In this document: positions 55,774 through 64,000 of the stretch, in pieces
Layout of the letters: each line of letters opens with the position of its first letter
How positions within the stretch are numbered: position 1 is the stretch's first letter
NCBI GenBank assembly: GCA_964342695.1
Contig: CAYFFV010000009.1
Span: forward strand, 12,347-76,346
Direction: 5' to 3'
DNA length: 64,000 nucleotides
Source: an uncultured Vicinamibacteraceae bacterium
Lineage (GTDB): Bacteria > Acidobacteriota > Vicinamibacteria > Vicinamibacterales > UBA8438
Translations under genes and position numbers: made by a program
Notes under the pieces: model-generated
Seen by the model: the letters and a program-made list of their open reading frames with translations, nothing else
Told to the model about the DNA's origin: nothing
The model's database searches: none

Positions 55774-57093
55774 TTAGTCAGCTGGTAGCAACTTAATTTT
55801 TTGGCCGCCTATCCAAACTGAGTTAATGGTCTGTGAGTTCCGAATGTCGTCGAGAGGATTGGCCTCAAGAATAACAAAATCAGCCAACTTACCGGGTTCG
55901 AGCGAGCCTATCTTGTTTTCTTGCAGAAGACACCGCGCTGCTTGACCTGTCGCAGCAAAAATGGCCTGCATCGGAGTGAGACCCGCTGTGACCATTAATT
56001 CAAGTTCCGCGTGCTCAAAGTACCCCTGAAATCTTCCTACAGGACCTGAGTCTGTTCCCATTGCGATACGAGCACCACCAGATTGAAGAAAGTTTAAGTT
56101 GGTCAGAGCCCTACTAAGTCCCTGTTTGTATATCTGTGAGGTTGGGCGGTTGCGTACCTGTTCTTGATATTCAGGTGTTTCGAGTTCTGTAATAACGAGA
56201 GGATCTACCTCTTTGAAAAAAAATGGATCGTCAAACCATGCAGGACGTTCTTCGTATACAAATGTTGACACTTCACGCATGAGGGTCGGGCAGTAACATA
56301 CATTTTTTTCGACGAGAAGATCGACCAATTCATTATCAACCGGTTGGTCTCTCACGCTGTGAGCAAGAAAATCCACACCAGCCCGCAGTAACGCCTTAGC
56401 ATCTTCTAGGTAATACAAGTGAGCAGCCACCCTTAAACCAATGCGATGAGATTCTTGAATGACTGCGTGATAGATCTCTGGAGCCATCTTTGTTGATGCT
56501 CCCAGTGCATCGTCAACGCGTATTTTGATTATGTCTACTCCGAGACTCGCTATTTCATTAACCCGTTTGATGGCTTCGCTTGGAGAGTTGGCAGTTAGAA
56601 CAGGTCCGGAAAGATATAGGCGTGAGCCCTCACGCTCTGAAAGAGGCTGATCCCTCACTCTGACCCCAGCTTCTCCTCCTCCACCTAAGCTCATAACCGT
56701 GGTGACGCCGTAGCGGGCGTAGCGCGCCAGTTGTGTTTCTACGTGTGCCTCTGTATAAAAAGAAGAATCCGCTTCAAGGCCAATGACATCGTTCACATGT
56801 CCATGAGCATTAACTAGTCCAGGTATAATTGTGTTTCCTGTCACGTTAAATACTTGTGCATCCGACGGCACTTGAACCGACGAACTTGTACCCACAGCAC
56901 TAATCTTATCTTTTTTAGTAATGAGAACACCGTTTTCGAAAACGGTGTTGCCGTCGCCAACAATGATGTTGGCTCCCACAAAAGCGAATGTCGAGGCCGA
57001 ATTTTGTTTTATGGGTTCTTGAACAACCTCCAAGCAACCGGGCAGTAAGGTAGTGATCACACAAACAGCCCATGCACTTTTAATGATTTTCAT
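55774..57093 (-). CDS. Amidohydrolase-family protein (secreted or lipoprotein)
   Basis: Signal peptide with LLPGC, metal-binding LVNAHGHV, and downstream HLYY and HS motifs of the amidohydrolase superfamily. Confidence 0.78.
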   Translation of the reverse strand: MKIIKSAWAVCVITTLLPGCLEVVQEPIKQNSASTFAFVGANIIVGDGNTVFENGVLITKKDKISAVGTSSSVQVPSDAQVFNVTGNTIIPGLVNAHGHVNDVIGLEADSSFYTEAHVETQLARYARYGVTTVMSLGGGGEAGVRVRDQPLSEREGSRLYLSGPVLTANSPSEAIKRVNEIASLGVDIIKIRVDDALGASTKMAPEIYHAVIQESHRIGLRVAAHLYYLEDAKALLRAGVDFLAHSVRDQPVDNELVDLLVEKNVCYCPTLMREVSTFVYEERPAWFDDPFFFKEVDPLVITELETPEYQEQVRNRPTSQIYKQGLSRALTNLNFLQSGGARIAMGTDSGPVGRFQGYFEHAELELMVTAGLTPMQAIFAATGQAARCLLQENKIGSLEPGKLADFVILEANPLDDIRNSQTINSVWIGGQKIKLLPAD

Positions 57094-57128
57094 ATACCCA
57101 ATTCCCTGTAAACCTCTAAGCGACGATT

Positions 57129-59858
57129 TTAATCTTCGGCTTCGATGGTTTCTAGTTGTTCGAGAATGTCACCTAGACTTTGAATTTCTTGACCGTAAGT
57201 AGCCCAATTACCTTGGCGTTGAGCTTCCATGGCCTGTGAATAGTGACCTTGAGCTCGTTGGGTGAGTACACGGGTATTTTGATTCACATTTGTACTCTCC
57301 TGAGTGGACGTTGGCGCAATGGTACTCGCGGTTGATTCGGCGACGAGGGTAGCAAGTGGCGAAGGGGCGGGGCTACTACCACTGGTTTGCCCAAAAAGTT
57401 TCTCTAAAGCTTGGTCGAGTGTTTCTTCCATAACAATCTGATTCTGATAAGCCACGATTACCCGTTTCAGTTCAGGAATGCGTCCCCCGGATGCTCGAAG
57501 ATATAAAGGACGAATGTACAGGAGAGCTTCTTCGATTGGAATCACAAGGAGTGTGCCCTGAATAACCTCTGAACCCTGTTGATTCCATAGAGTAATTTGG
57601 GGTGAAATCTCTTGGTCCTGATTAATGCGTGCAACTATTTGTGAAGGACCAAAGACAACTTTTTGTTTAGGAAACTGAAAAACTAACATTTTACCGTAAT
57701 GTTCTCCGTCACTACGAGCCACCATCCAAGCTGCCAAATTGTTTTTACCACGGGGCGTAAACGGTAACATCTGTATAAATTCTGCTCTGTCCTCGTTCGG
57801 TAATTTCATAATGGTGTAGTACGGTTCCATTTGTTCACTATCGATAACAGGTACTTCCCATTCGTCTTCTTTGTTATAAAAAACTGCTGGATTTGTCATG
57901 TGATAGGTTGAGTACATTGCTGTTTGGAGGGCAAAGATACCTTCTGGATAACGGATGTGACTCTTAATATCATTCGGCATATCAGCGAGAGGTTTAAAGA
58001 GATCGGGAAAAATCTTCCCGACAGTTGTTGCGAGTGGGTCATCTGGTCGAGCCAGGTAAAACGTGGTGGTGCCGTTGTAGGCGTCTATCACTACTTTTAC
58101 AGAGTTACGTATGTAATTAATTCCCCCCGTCACAGTGGTCGCGTAAGGATAATTCCCAGTAATCGTATAAGCATCCCGCATCCAGAATAGACGTCCATTT
58201 GAGACAATTAGATAAGGATCAGAGTCGTACTGAAGAAAGGGTGCAATCGTGGCAACCCGATCCGCGATGTTCCGATGAAAAATCACTTTACTTTCTGCAG
58301 TTAACTGGCCACTGACCAAGATTTCGTACGAGCGGAATCTGATGCTATATAAAAGGCGTTGGAAAATATTTCCAAGTGCAAGGCCTCCGGATCCGTCGTA
58401 GCGTACGGAGATGTTATCGTCACCTTCTGGATAATGGAACTCGTCGGTCCGCGTGTTGACTAGCACGTATTCGTTCGAAAGTTCACCAAAGTAAATACTC
58501 GGTTCTTCCACCATAAGATCGGTTTCTGAGCGGGGCGGAAGATCTTTAATAAAGAGAACAGGTAAACCTTCCTGTGTTACTTGATTGACAGGTCCGAGTG
58601 CAACGCCAAATCCGTGTGTGTATTGAAGATGTTCGTTGACCCAGGATCGATTAGGCAAAGTCTCAGAATTTAGTTCACGGCTAGAGACCATGGTCTGCCG
58701 GTATTCTCCGTCGATCATGTAGCGATCGTTGTCGACGGAGGCAAATTGATAATAGGTACGAATTTCTTGGAGTTGTCCAAAAGTATCGAGAAGCGGCTGA
58801 TGATCCCACAGTCTGACATTGTTAATAGTTTCGTCATTGTTCCGAATGTCATTCTGGGTTAGGGTCGCATCGCCTGATACTTGCCGTTCTTCGACTTCGT
58901 TTATGTCGAAGGCTTCCCGTGTTGCCGCGATATTTCGTTCAATATAGGGAGCTTCTTTTTGTTGTTCGTCTGGTGTTACGATTAATTGTTGTACCGCAGT
59001 TGCTACACCGCTGCCCCCGATCCAAACGATGAGGTAACCCGCAAAGCTGGCGACGATTGGCCAGGTCTTCGATGTTTTTGCAGCGTACAACGCGGCGATT
59101 GCGCCGAGTCCACAGACAACGGTTAGGAGTCTTAATACTGGTAATTGCACGAGTACGTCGGTGTAGGAAGCGCCTTGAATAATGCCTGCAGGTGTAATTA
59201 GCATGCGAGGCATATCTAGATATGCGCCAGCAGCAAGAATTAAGAAAAAAACTGCGCCAAGACAAGCAATATGACGACGCGGCTTAGAGCTAATTTGTAA
59301 ACCCTCAGGTGTGAGGCCTAGCTGTCCTGCCATGACATAGACAGCTCCGCAACCAAGAAGTGATAAGACAACAAGTGTTAGTAATAGATAACGAACAGTA
59401 TCTAAGAACGGCAGACTAAACACATAAAATCCTACATCTCGTCCGAACTGTGCATCCGTTTGCCCAAATGGAGTCGCATAAAGATAGTTGAGAAGCACCA
59501 TCCATTGGCTCGAGGCAATGTTCCCAATAAATAAGCCCGCGACGGCAGACAGGCCGATGGAGAGCCAGCGTAGTTGTTGAGGTTCCAGAACGATTGGCTG
59601 AATATCTCCTCCACCAGGAAATAATACATACGGCCGCTGAAACGCCTTAAGGGCTATTCTTAAGTTGCTATACAGCGCTGCAGATACGACTAAAAAAACG
59701 CTGATTCCAAGAACCCATTTAATAACGAGGCTCTTAAGGAATACTGACTGATAGCCAGCTTCTCCAAACCAAAGCCATTCAGTATAGATTCCAGCAAATG
59801 CTGGCAGTCCAATGAAGGCTAATAAGACAATGACTGCAACGATAGATATTCTTGGCAT
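57129..59858 (-). CDS. UPF0182-family large membrane protein
   Basis: The N-terminus YTEWLWFGEAGYQSVF, about 7 TM helices, then a large extracytoplasmic region. 909 aa, typical of the UPF0182 (COG1615) family, whose function is unknown. Confidence 0.8.
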   Translation of the reverse strand: MPRISIVAVIVLLAFIGLPAFAGIYTEWLWFGEAGYQSVFLKSLVIKWVLGISVFLVVSAALYSNLRIALKAFQRPYVLFPGGGDIQPIVLEPQQLRWLSIGLSAVAGLFIGNIASSQWMVLLNYLYATPFGQTDAQFGRDVGFYVFSLPFLDTVRYLLLTLVVLSLLGCGAVYVMAGQLGLTPEGLQISSKPRRHIACLGAVFFLILAAGAYLDMPRMLITPAGIIQGASYTDVLVQLPVLRLLTVVCGLGAIAALYAAKTSKTWPIVASFAGYLIVWIGGSGVATAVQQLIVTPDEQQKEAPYIERNIAATREAFDINEVEERQVSGDATLTQNDIRNNDETINNVRLWDHQPLLDTFGQLQEIRTYYQFASVDNDRYMIDGEYRQTMVSSRELNSETLPNRSWVNEHLQYTHGFGVALGPVNQVTQEGLPVLFIKDLPPRSETDLMVEEPSIYFGELSNEYVLVNTRTDEFHYPEGDDNISVRYDGSGGLALGNIFQRLLYSIRFRSYEILVSGQLTAESKVIFHRNIADRVATIAPFLQYDSDPYLIVSNGRLFWMRDAYTITGNYPYATTVTGGINYIRNSVKVVIDAYNGTTTFYLARPDDPLATTVGKIFPDLFKPLADMPNDIKSHIRYPEGIFALQTAMYSTYHMTNPAVFYNKEDEWEVPVIDSEQMEPYYTIMKLPNEDRAEFIQMLPFTPRGKNNLAAWMVARSDGEHYGKMLVFQFPKQKVVFGPSQIVARINQDQEISPQITLWNQQGSEVIQGTLLVIPIEEALLYIRPLYLRASGGRIPELKRVIVAYQNQIVMEETLDQALEKLFGQTSGSSPAPSPLATLVAESTASTIAPTSTQESTNVNQNTRVLTQRAQGHYSQAMEAQRQGNWATYGQEIQSLGDILEQLETIEAED

Positions 59859-59886
59859 CAGCGCTAGGTCTCCTCACCTTGGCTCT

Positions 59887-59913
59887 AAAAAGGCCGCCTA
59901 TGCGTAGGCGTCC
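59887..59913 (-). terminator. Intrinsic-terminator-like hairpin in the leader of the UPF0182 gene
   Basis: The minus-strand RNA reads GGA-CGCCUA-CGCA-UAGGCG-GCC-UUUUU. This is a GC-rich stem of 6 bp plus 2 bp, a tetraloop and a U5 tract. It ends 28 nt upstream of the ATG at 59858, just before the GGUGAGGAG Shine-Dalgarno sequence. Confidence 0.45.
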
Positions 59914-60014
59914 ACTGCTAGATTATTGGAGTCGGTGGATTAAACGCAATAGATGTTGCTCAAGTTGGTTTTATTGTGTGGTAATCAGTATCCTCAAACT
60001 GGAGTTCTTTTTTC

Positions 60015-61268
60015 ATGGATATAACGCGGCGTGCGTTTTTGGCAACAAGTTGTTTGGCGACGGCATGGCCTGCACGATTACAGGCCAGAGCAAATCAGGC
60101 AGTTGAATTTCCTTGGTCTGATGTGCGTAATGTTCTACAGGAACGCTTTTCTGCTCTCAAGCGCCACATTATTTTTGAGTACTACCCATGGTATGCGAAC
60201 GATCCATTTCGACACTGGCAGCAATGGGGGCGAGTGCCGCCTGCAGATATTGCCACAAATTTGGTTCCACAGCTGGGGCCTTATGATTCGAGGTCTACTG
60301 CCGTTATCGAACAGCATGCCCGCTGGATTGTTGAAAGCGGGGTTGGTGTCGTCGATTTAAGTTGGTGGGGCCGTGATAGCTTCAGTGACACCGTTGTTTC
60401 GCGTGTTATGGATGTGATGGCCGATTACGATATCCATGTAACGTTTCATTTAGAACCCTATGGTTTAAATCGGGTTGAAAACATTTTGTCTGATGTTAGG
60501 TATCTCGTTCAGGAGTTTGGAGAAAAACGAAACTGGGACTGTTTTTATCTAAACCAACGAATGGATGGAAGCAAAGGACCAATTTTTAAGTTCTTTAATA
60601 CCACCTTACCTGAGCATATCGAAGATTGTCACGGTGAGTTGCAGAAAATTACTGGTTATTTTCCAGATAGTGTCTGGCGTAAGGCTACTGATGAGTTAAG
60701 GTTGTTCTTAGAAAAAGAATTTCAACATGTAACCCTTCTGTCAAACACACGAGATGCTCCACGTGCTCGAGCTGCTGGCTTTGATGGCATTGCCACCTAC
60801 GATCCTGCGATTGAGCCGGAGCAATATCTTGATTTTGCGAGTTCGGCCAGTCAGAATGATATGTTGTTTTCGTTTAATGTGAATCCAGGCTGGGATGAAA
60901 TTATTCAGAGGAATGTCCCTGAGAACTCCTGTTATCAAGAGCGGCCATTTCTTCCACGGACGCGAAAACTTAACTGGGCTGAAGCCGACGACCGTGAACT
61001 TGCGCGATTACTTTCAGAATCAAGAATTTTGGAGAGTCTTCAAGGTAATTTGCTTCTCCAGCTTCATCCGTGGTTCGGTAACGTAGATGCAGGATTCTTC
61101 TTGGTTTATATAACATCATTTAATGAGTGGCATGAGGGAACTGCATTTGAACCTATGCAAAATAGAGCAGAGATGTCTACGTTGCAACAGGCTATGGAAT
61201 ATCACAATCCCAGCGATGGATACTATCGACTCCGTTCTTTACAAGAGCTACTAGCCAAATTGTTGTGA
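60015..61268 (+). CDS. GH99-like glycoside hydrolase (endo-alpha-mannosidase family resemblance) with a twin-arginine signal
   Basis: The Tat motif TRRAFLATS. EYYPWYAN...PPADIATNLVPQLGPYDSRSTAVIEQHARWIVESGVGVVDLSWWG...HVTFHLEPY...SFNEWHEGT is collinear with the conserved blocks of GH99 enzymes, as recalled from the MANEA/Bacteroides family. Confidence 0.65.
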   Translation: MDITRRAFLATSCLATAWPARLQARANQAVEFPWSDVRNVLQERFSALKRHIIFEYYPWYANDPFRHWQQWGRVPPADIATNLVPQLGPYDSRSTAVIEQHARWIVESGVGVVDLSWWGRDSFSDTVVSRVMDVMADYDIHVTFHLEPYGLNRVENILSDVRYLVQEFGEKRNWDCFYLNQRMDGSKGPIFKFFNTTLPEHIEDCHGELQKITGYFPDSVWRKATDELRLFLEKEFQHVTLLSNTRDAPRARAAGFDGIATYDPAIEPEQYLDFASSASQNDMLFSFNVNPGWDEIIQRNVPENSCYQERPFLPRTRKLNWAEADDRELARLLSESRILESLQGNLLLQLHPWFGNVDAGFFLVYITSFNEWHEGTAFEPMQNRAEMSTLQQAMEYHNPSDGYYRLRSLQELLAKLL

Positions 61269-61279
61269 CTCATCTTTGT

Positions 61280-61849
61280 CTAGCGCCCAAACGGTAAACG
61301 ATATACTAGCGCTGTTAAAATCCGCCTTTGTTTGAGTGGTTTCAATCGAAACACATACCGATAATCAAAGGAGAGACGAACCAAGAAGCTGCTATCTAGC
61401 GGCACGTCAAATCCCCCCCCGAATTGGATGGCTGGCTGGGTGTCATTAAGATCTGCTGAAGATAAAATTTCAAAATCTGACGAAATCTGTAAATCAACGG
61501 TTGTTGTTCCTCCCAAAAATTGTATAAAAGGACGTAGTTTCCACCAATCTCTCGAAAACTTCGCACCTGCCAGTAGACTCAGGAAATTAGCATCGACGTC
61601 TAAAAGACCAATGTCTTGTTGCTGTTTGGTGCCTTCAACTTCAAAAGTAATGCCTAACCACTGAGTCGCGTTCCAGGTGCCATTGCCAACCCATCCAATT
61701 CCATAACCATCGACGATTTCAGAGTTATGCAAAAATGTGTATGCGCCGGAAACTTCAAGGTTTGCGGGATCATCCGTTTGGGCAGCCAAGGGGCTGACAA
61801 ACAGTAGGATCATTACGAACACATTGGCTGATACAATATTTCTCTTCAT
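61280..61849 (-). CDS. Outer-membrane beta-barrel protein (small OmpA-like/porin-family barrel)
   Basis: With ATG 61849 the N-terminus MKRNIVSANVFVMILLFVSPLAAQ is a clean signal peptide. Alternating amphipathic beta-strand pattern with aromatic girdle residues. The ORF-track start (GTG 61900) is less likely. Confidence 0.6.
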   Translation of the reverse strand: MKRNIVSANVFVMILLFVSPLAAQTDDPANLEVSGAYTFLHNSEIVDGYGIGWVGNGTWNATQWLGITFEVEGTKQQQDIGLLDVDANFLSLLAGAKFSRDWWKLRPFIQFLGGTTTVDLQISSDFEILSSADLNDTQPAIQFGGGFDVPLDSSFLVRLSFDYRYVFRLKPLKQRRILTALVYRLPFGR

Positions 61850-62311
61850 ATGTCTGCACATGTTGGTGACGTTGCCCCGGATTTTGAATTGGAAAGCCAC
61901 AAAGGTGGTTCCGTGAGGTTGTCAGACTTCCGGCGCCGTCAAAATGTCATCATTGTGTTTCACCCTTTGGCATGGACCCCAGTATGCGCTAGTCAATTAC
62001 AAACATACGAGCACGATCTTGAATGGTTTACTTCTCACGATACTCACATTCTGGGCCTAAGTGTAGACGCGATTCCCTCTAAAATTTCATGGGCCAAGAG
62101 TTTAAATGGAATAACTTATGATCTTCTTAGTGATTTCCACCCCCACGGCGCAGTAGCCGAGGCCTACGGTGTGTTACGTGAAGGTGGAATCTCAGATCGC
62201 GCTGTCTTTGTAATAGACAAGAATGGTGTCGTCGTTTTTTCTAAGGTTTACGACATTCCGAACTTGCCCGACAATAATGAGGTCAAACACGTAATCAAAA
62301 ACTTGCGCTGA
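61850..62311 (+). CDS. Peroxiredoxin (AhpC/TSA-Bcp family)
   Basis: VGDVAPDFEL, and the peroxidatic Cys context FHPLAWTPVCASQ. Confidence 0.85.
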   Translation: MSAHVGDVAPDFELESHKGGSVRLSDFRRRQNVIIVFHPLAWTPVCASQLQTYEHDLEWFTSHDTHILGLSVDAIPSKISWAKSLNGITYDLLSDFHPHGAVAEAYGVLREGGISDRAVFVIDKNGVVVFSKVYDIPNLPDNNEVKHVIKNLR

Positions 62312-62327
62312 TCAACGTGCAACGTTT

Positions 62328-63317
62328 TTACCATTCTTCCATTTCGAATTTTATATTTCGACGGTTGGCAGTTTCCTCGATATCAGCCATTGACCATGGA
62401 TTTCCACACGTAAGAATGACAGTTTTAGAGGGGTCAAAGCGGTCGCGTAATCCAGATACTGACATATGTTTAGGTAATTGGGGTTTAGGGGTTCGTTGCA
62501 TCCCAGCCTCTGCGCGGGCCAAATCGCCCTTGCCAGCTTTTGCGGCCGCCAAAACTTCTTCTTCTTTCATGGGAAGTTCAAACATGTGACGGAGCACATT
62601 GTTTGCTCTGCCAGCCCCCATTTGATCATCGTCTAGGTCTCTTTGTGCTGGGCGACTAACGGTCGGTATGTAGCTAAAGTCAAAATTTCCAGCTTTATCC
62701 ATGTCAAGTAATTCTTGATGGTAGCCAAGCTCTTCATAAGTTCTGTTTGTGTGGAGAATGGTATATTTTCGTTGATCACCGCGACCCTGTTTTGCTTCAA
62801 AATCTAACTGTTTGGCCATTGCGATAAATGGGGCCAGGCCGGTACCAGTCCCTACCATTAAGATGCTGTCAAAGCCAGAAGCACGTTCGTCGAGTGTGAA
62901 GTTGCCGGTAATACGATCAAAATAAGTCACCTGATTATCTTTTTCAGGATCAAGATTCATAAAAACCGGACTTAGGCGACCGAATTCACCTTTTTTTATT
63001 ACTTCGAGCACGACGTAAAATTCAAGATATCCATGTTCTTCTTGTTCCCATGGAGCCGAAGCGATCGAATACGAGTGAGTTACTTTCCCAATTTTCTGAT
63101 TTCCGGATTCGTCCAAATCTGGACCATAAGTCTTAGAACCATCTTCATTGACACCAGTTTTTTTGGTGAGCTTGCAGTCATCTCTAGAAAGAGCGATGTA
63201 CTGGCCCGCCTGTGAAGGAGGGAAGGGATTTCCTTCTTCAGGCATTAACCGAAAAACTGTCAAAATGGATGAGAGATCTTTTTTGTAGGTTACCGAGCCA
63301 ACTTTACGTCCTGCCAT
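62328..63317 (-). CDS. Ferredoxin-NADP+ reductase-family oxidoreductase (FAD/NAD(P)-binding)
   Basis: GQYIALS, an FAD motif HSYSIAS (the RxYS-type position), the NAD(P) motif MVGTGTGLAPF, CGNPWSM, and a C-terminal aromatic residue (EEW). Confidence 0.8.
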   Translation of the reverse strand: MAGRKVGSVTYKKDLSSILTVFRLMPEEGNPFPPSQAGQYIALSRDDCKLTKKTGVNEDGSKTYGPDLDESGNQKIGKVTHSYSIASAPWEQEEHGYLEFYVVLEVIKKGEFGRLSPVFMNLDPEKDNQVTYFDRITGNFTLDERASGFDSILMVGTGTGLAPFIAMAKQLDFEAKQGRGDQRKYTILHTNRTYEELGYHQELLDMDKAGNFDFSYIPTVSRPAQRDLDDDQMGAGRANNVLRHMFELPMKEEEVLAAAKAGKGDLARAEAGMQRTPKPQLPKHMSVSGLRDRFDPSKTVILTCGNPWSMADIEETANRRNIKFEMEEW

Positions 63318-63510
63318 TCAAAGTCCTTTCACAAGAAAACATGGTCATCTGTAACAAAGATTACCAAGATAATGCTATCTATATAAAACGTGACCCAACA
63401 GGATCCTGCATCCTTGGATCAACTGTCAACTTTGGATCAGAAGATTCTTAGTGCACAAAATGTAAAAATTGCGATAATTCAAATATAAATTAGGAACTGA
63501 AGAGAACTTT

Positions 63511-63948
63511 ATGTCCAGAAAATACAGACAACAAGGCTATCAGAATGACGGCAACAGAAATGATGACAAGCCAAAACACGCTGACGAAAATAAGCGTGAT
63601 CGGGGACCAAGGCGTGGCTATGGACCCCGCGAGCCTCCCAAAATGAACATGCCAGGATTTTTTGAAGTAAAGAAATGCGGGCGCTGTGGAAATAAGATAA
63701 ATAAAGCTATAGTTCATGATAGTCAGTGCAAACAATGCGGTAGTGATTTAAAGAGTTGTTCACAATGTGCCTGGTTTGATACTGCCAATCGGTTTGAATG
63801 CGGGCAGCCGATCACGGAACGTGTTTCCCCAAAAGACAAAAGAAATGAATGTAATTTTTTTGAAGTACGTGTCACCGTAGAACGTGCAACCCATTCGACA
63901 GGAACCTCTAGGACTAGTAAACAAGAGTTTGATGATTTGTTTAAGTAG
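63511..63948 (+). CDS. Hypothetical Cys-rich (zinc-ribbon-like) protein with a basic, low-complexity N-terminus
   Basis: Three CxxC pairs (CGRCGNK, CKQCGSD, CSQCAW) plus additional Cys, after an R/K/N/D/G-rich stretch of about 50 aa. Confidence 0.5.
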   Translation: MSRKYRQQGYQNDGNRNDDKPKHADENKRDRGPRRGYGPREPPKMNMPGFFEVKKCGRCGNKINKAIVHDSQCKQCGSDLKSCSQCAWFDTANRFECGQPITERVSPKDKRNECNFFEVRVTVERATHSTGTSRTSKQEFDDLFK

Positions 63949-63960
63949 AAAAAGGGTTGA

Positions 63961-64000
63961 ATGTCTATCTTAGAAGAATTTCCCAGTCAATTTCCCGCAT
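63961..64000 (+). CDS. Start of an unidentified ORF running off the right edge
   Basis: ATG 63961 (MSILEEFPSQFPA...) with AAGGGT 7 nt upstream. It is too short to classify. Confidence 0.2.
   Translation, partial: MSILEEFPSQFPA

Noticed and set aside
63490-63735. A hydrophobic 81-aa minus-strand ORF overlapping the start of the Cys-rich protein gene.
   Set aside because: It is antisense to a better-supported ORF, and its apparent TM character comes from the complement of the Lys/Asn/Asp-rich codons. It has no Shine-Dalgarno sequence.

Overview
This window is the chromosomal replication-origin neighbourhood of a compact, tightly packed genome from a diderm bacterium. The diderm call rests on a YidC with a large periplasmic domain, a SurA-like chaperone, a beta-barrel OMP, DsbD and ClpS/ClpA; the phylum cannot be determined by eye. 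Almost everything is conserved housekeeping.

Layout:
- 1-7297 (+): a 10-gene Mrp/Mnh-type cation:proton antiporter locus in an unusual E-F-G-first order.
- 7369-15975 (-): a lipoprotein, then gyrA-gyrB-dnaN-dnaA.
- 15976-16412: a coding-strand switch containing clustered DnaA boxes.
- 16413-40127 (+): rpmH-rnpA-yidD-yidC-jag-mnmE-mnmG-rsmG, a 486-bp AT-rich spacer with two parS palindromes, parA-parB, atpHAGDC (no atpBEF), a PP2C phosphatase, a Wzm/Wzt-type ABC exporter, mfd, a SurA-like PPIase, dusB and a Nudix hydrolase.
- 40.1-45.0 kb: the least ordinary part, a regulatory island. It holds a GAFTGA-containing sigma-54 enhancer-binding response regulator, a divergent two-gene operon (a small HTH protein plus an 80-aa protein that looks like an isolated histidine-kinase DHp domain), structured AT-rich DNA, a consensus sigma-54 promoter driving a FliA/WhiG-type sigma factor with a long C-terminal tail, and a convergent PAS hybrid histidine kinase. 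I propose this is a His-Asp-His-Asp phosphorelay feeding a sigma-54 to sigma-28-like cascade. No flagellar genes are in view.
- 45-64 kb: fabZ, a PCYCGC-motif protein, a GAF sensor with no output domain, dsbD, an AlaA-like aminotransferase, an ACT protein, clpS-clpA-grpE, an MBL hydrolase, an amidohydrolase, a UPF0182 membrane protein, a Tat-signal GH99-like glycosidase, an OMP, a peroxiredoxin, an FNR-family reductase and a Cys-rich protein.

I recognised no rRNA, tRNA, CRISPR array, transposase, integrase or phage gene. All calls come from reading the translations and motifs by eye. No searches were run.
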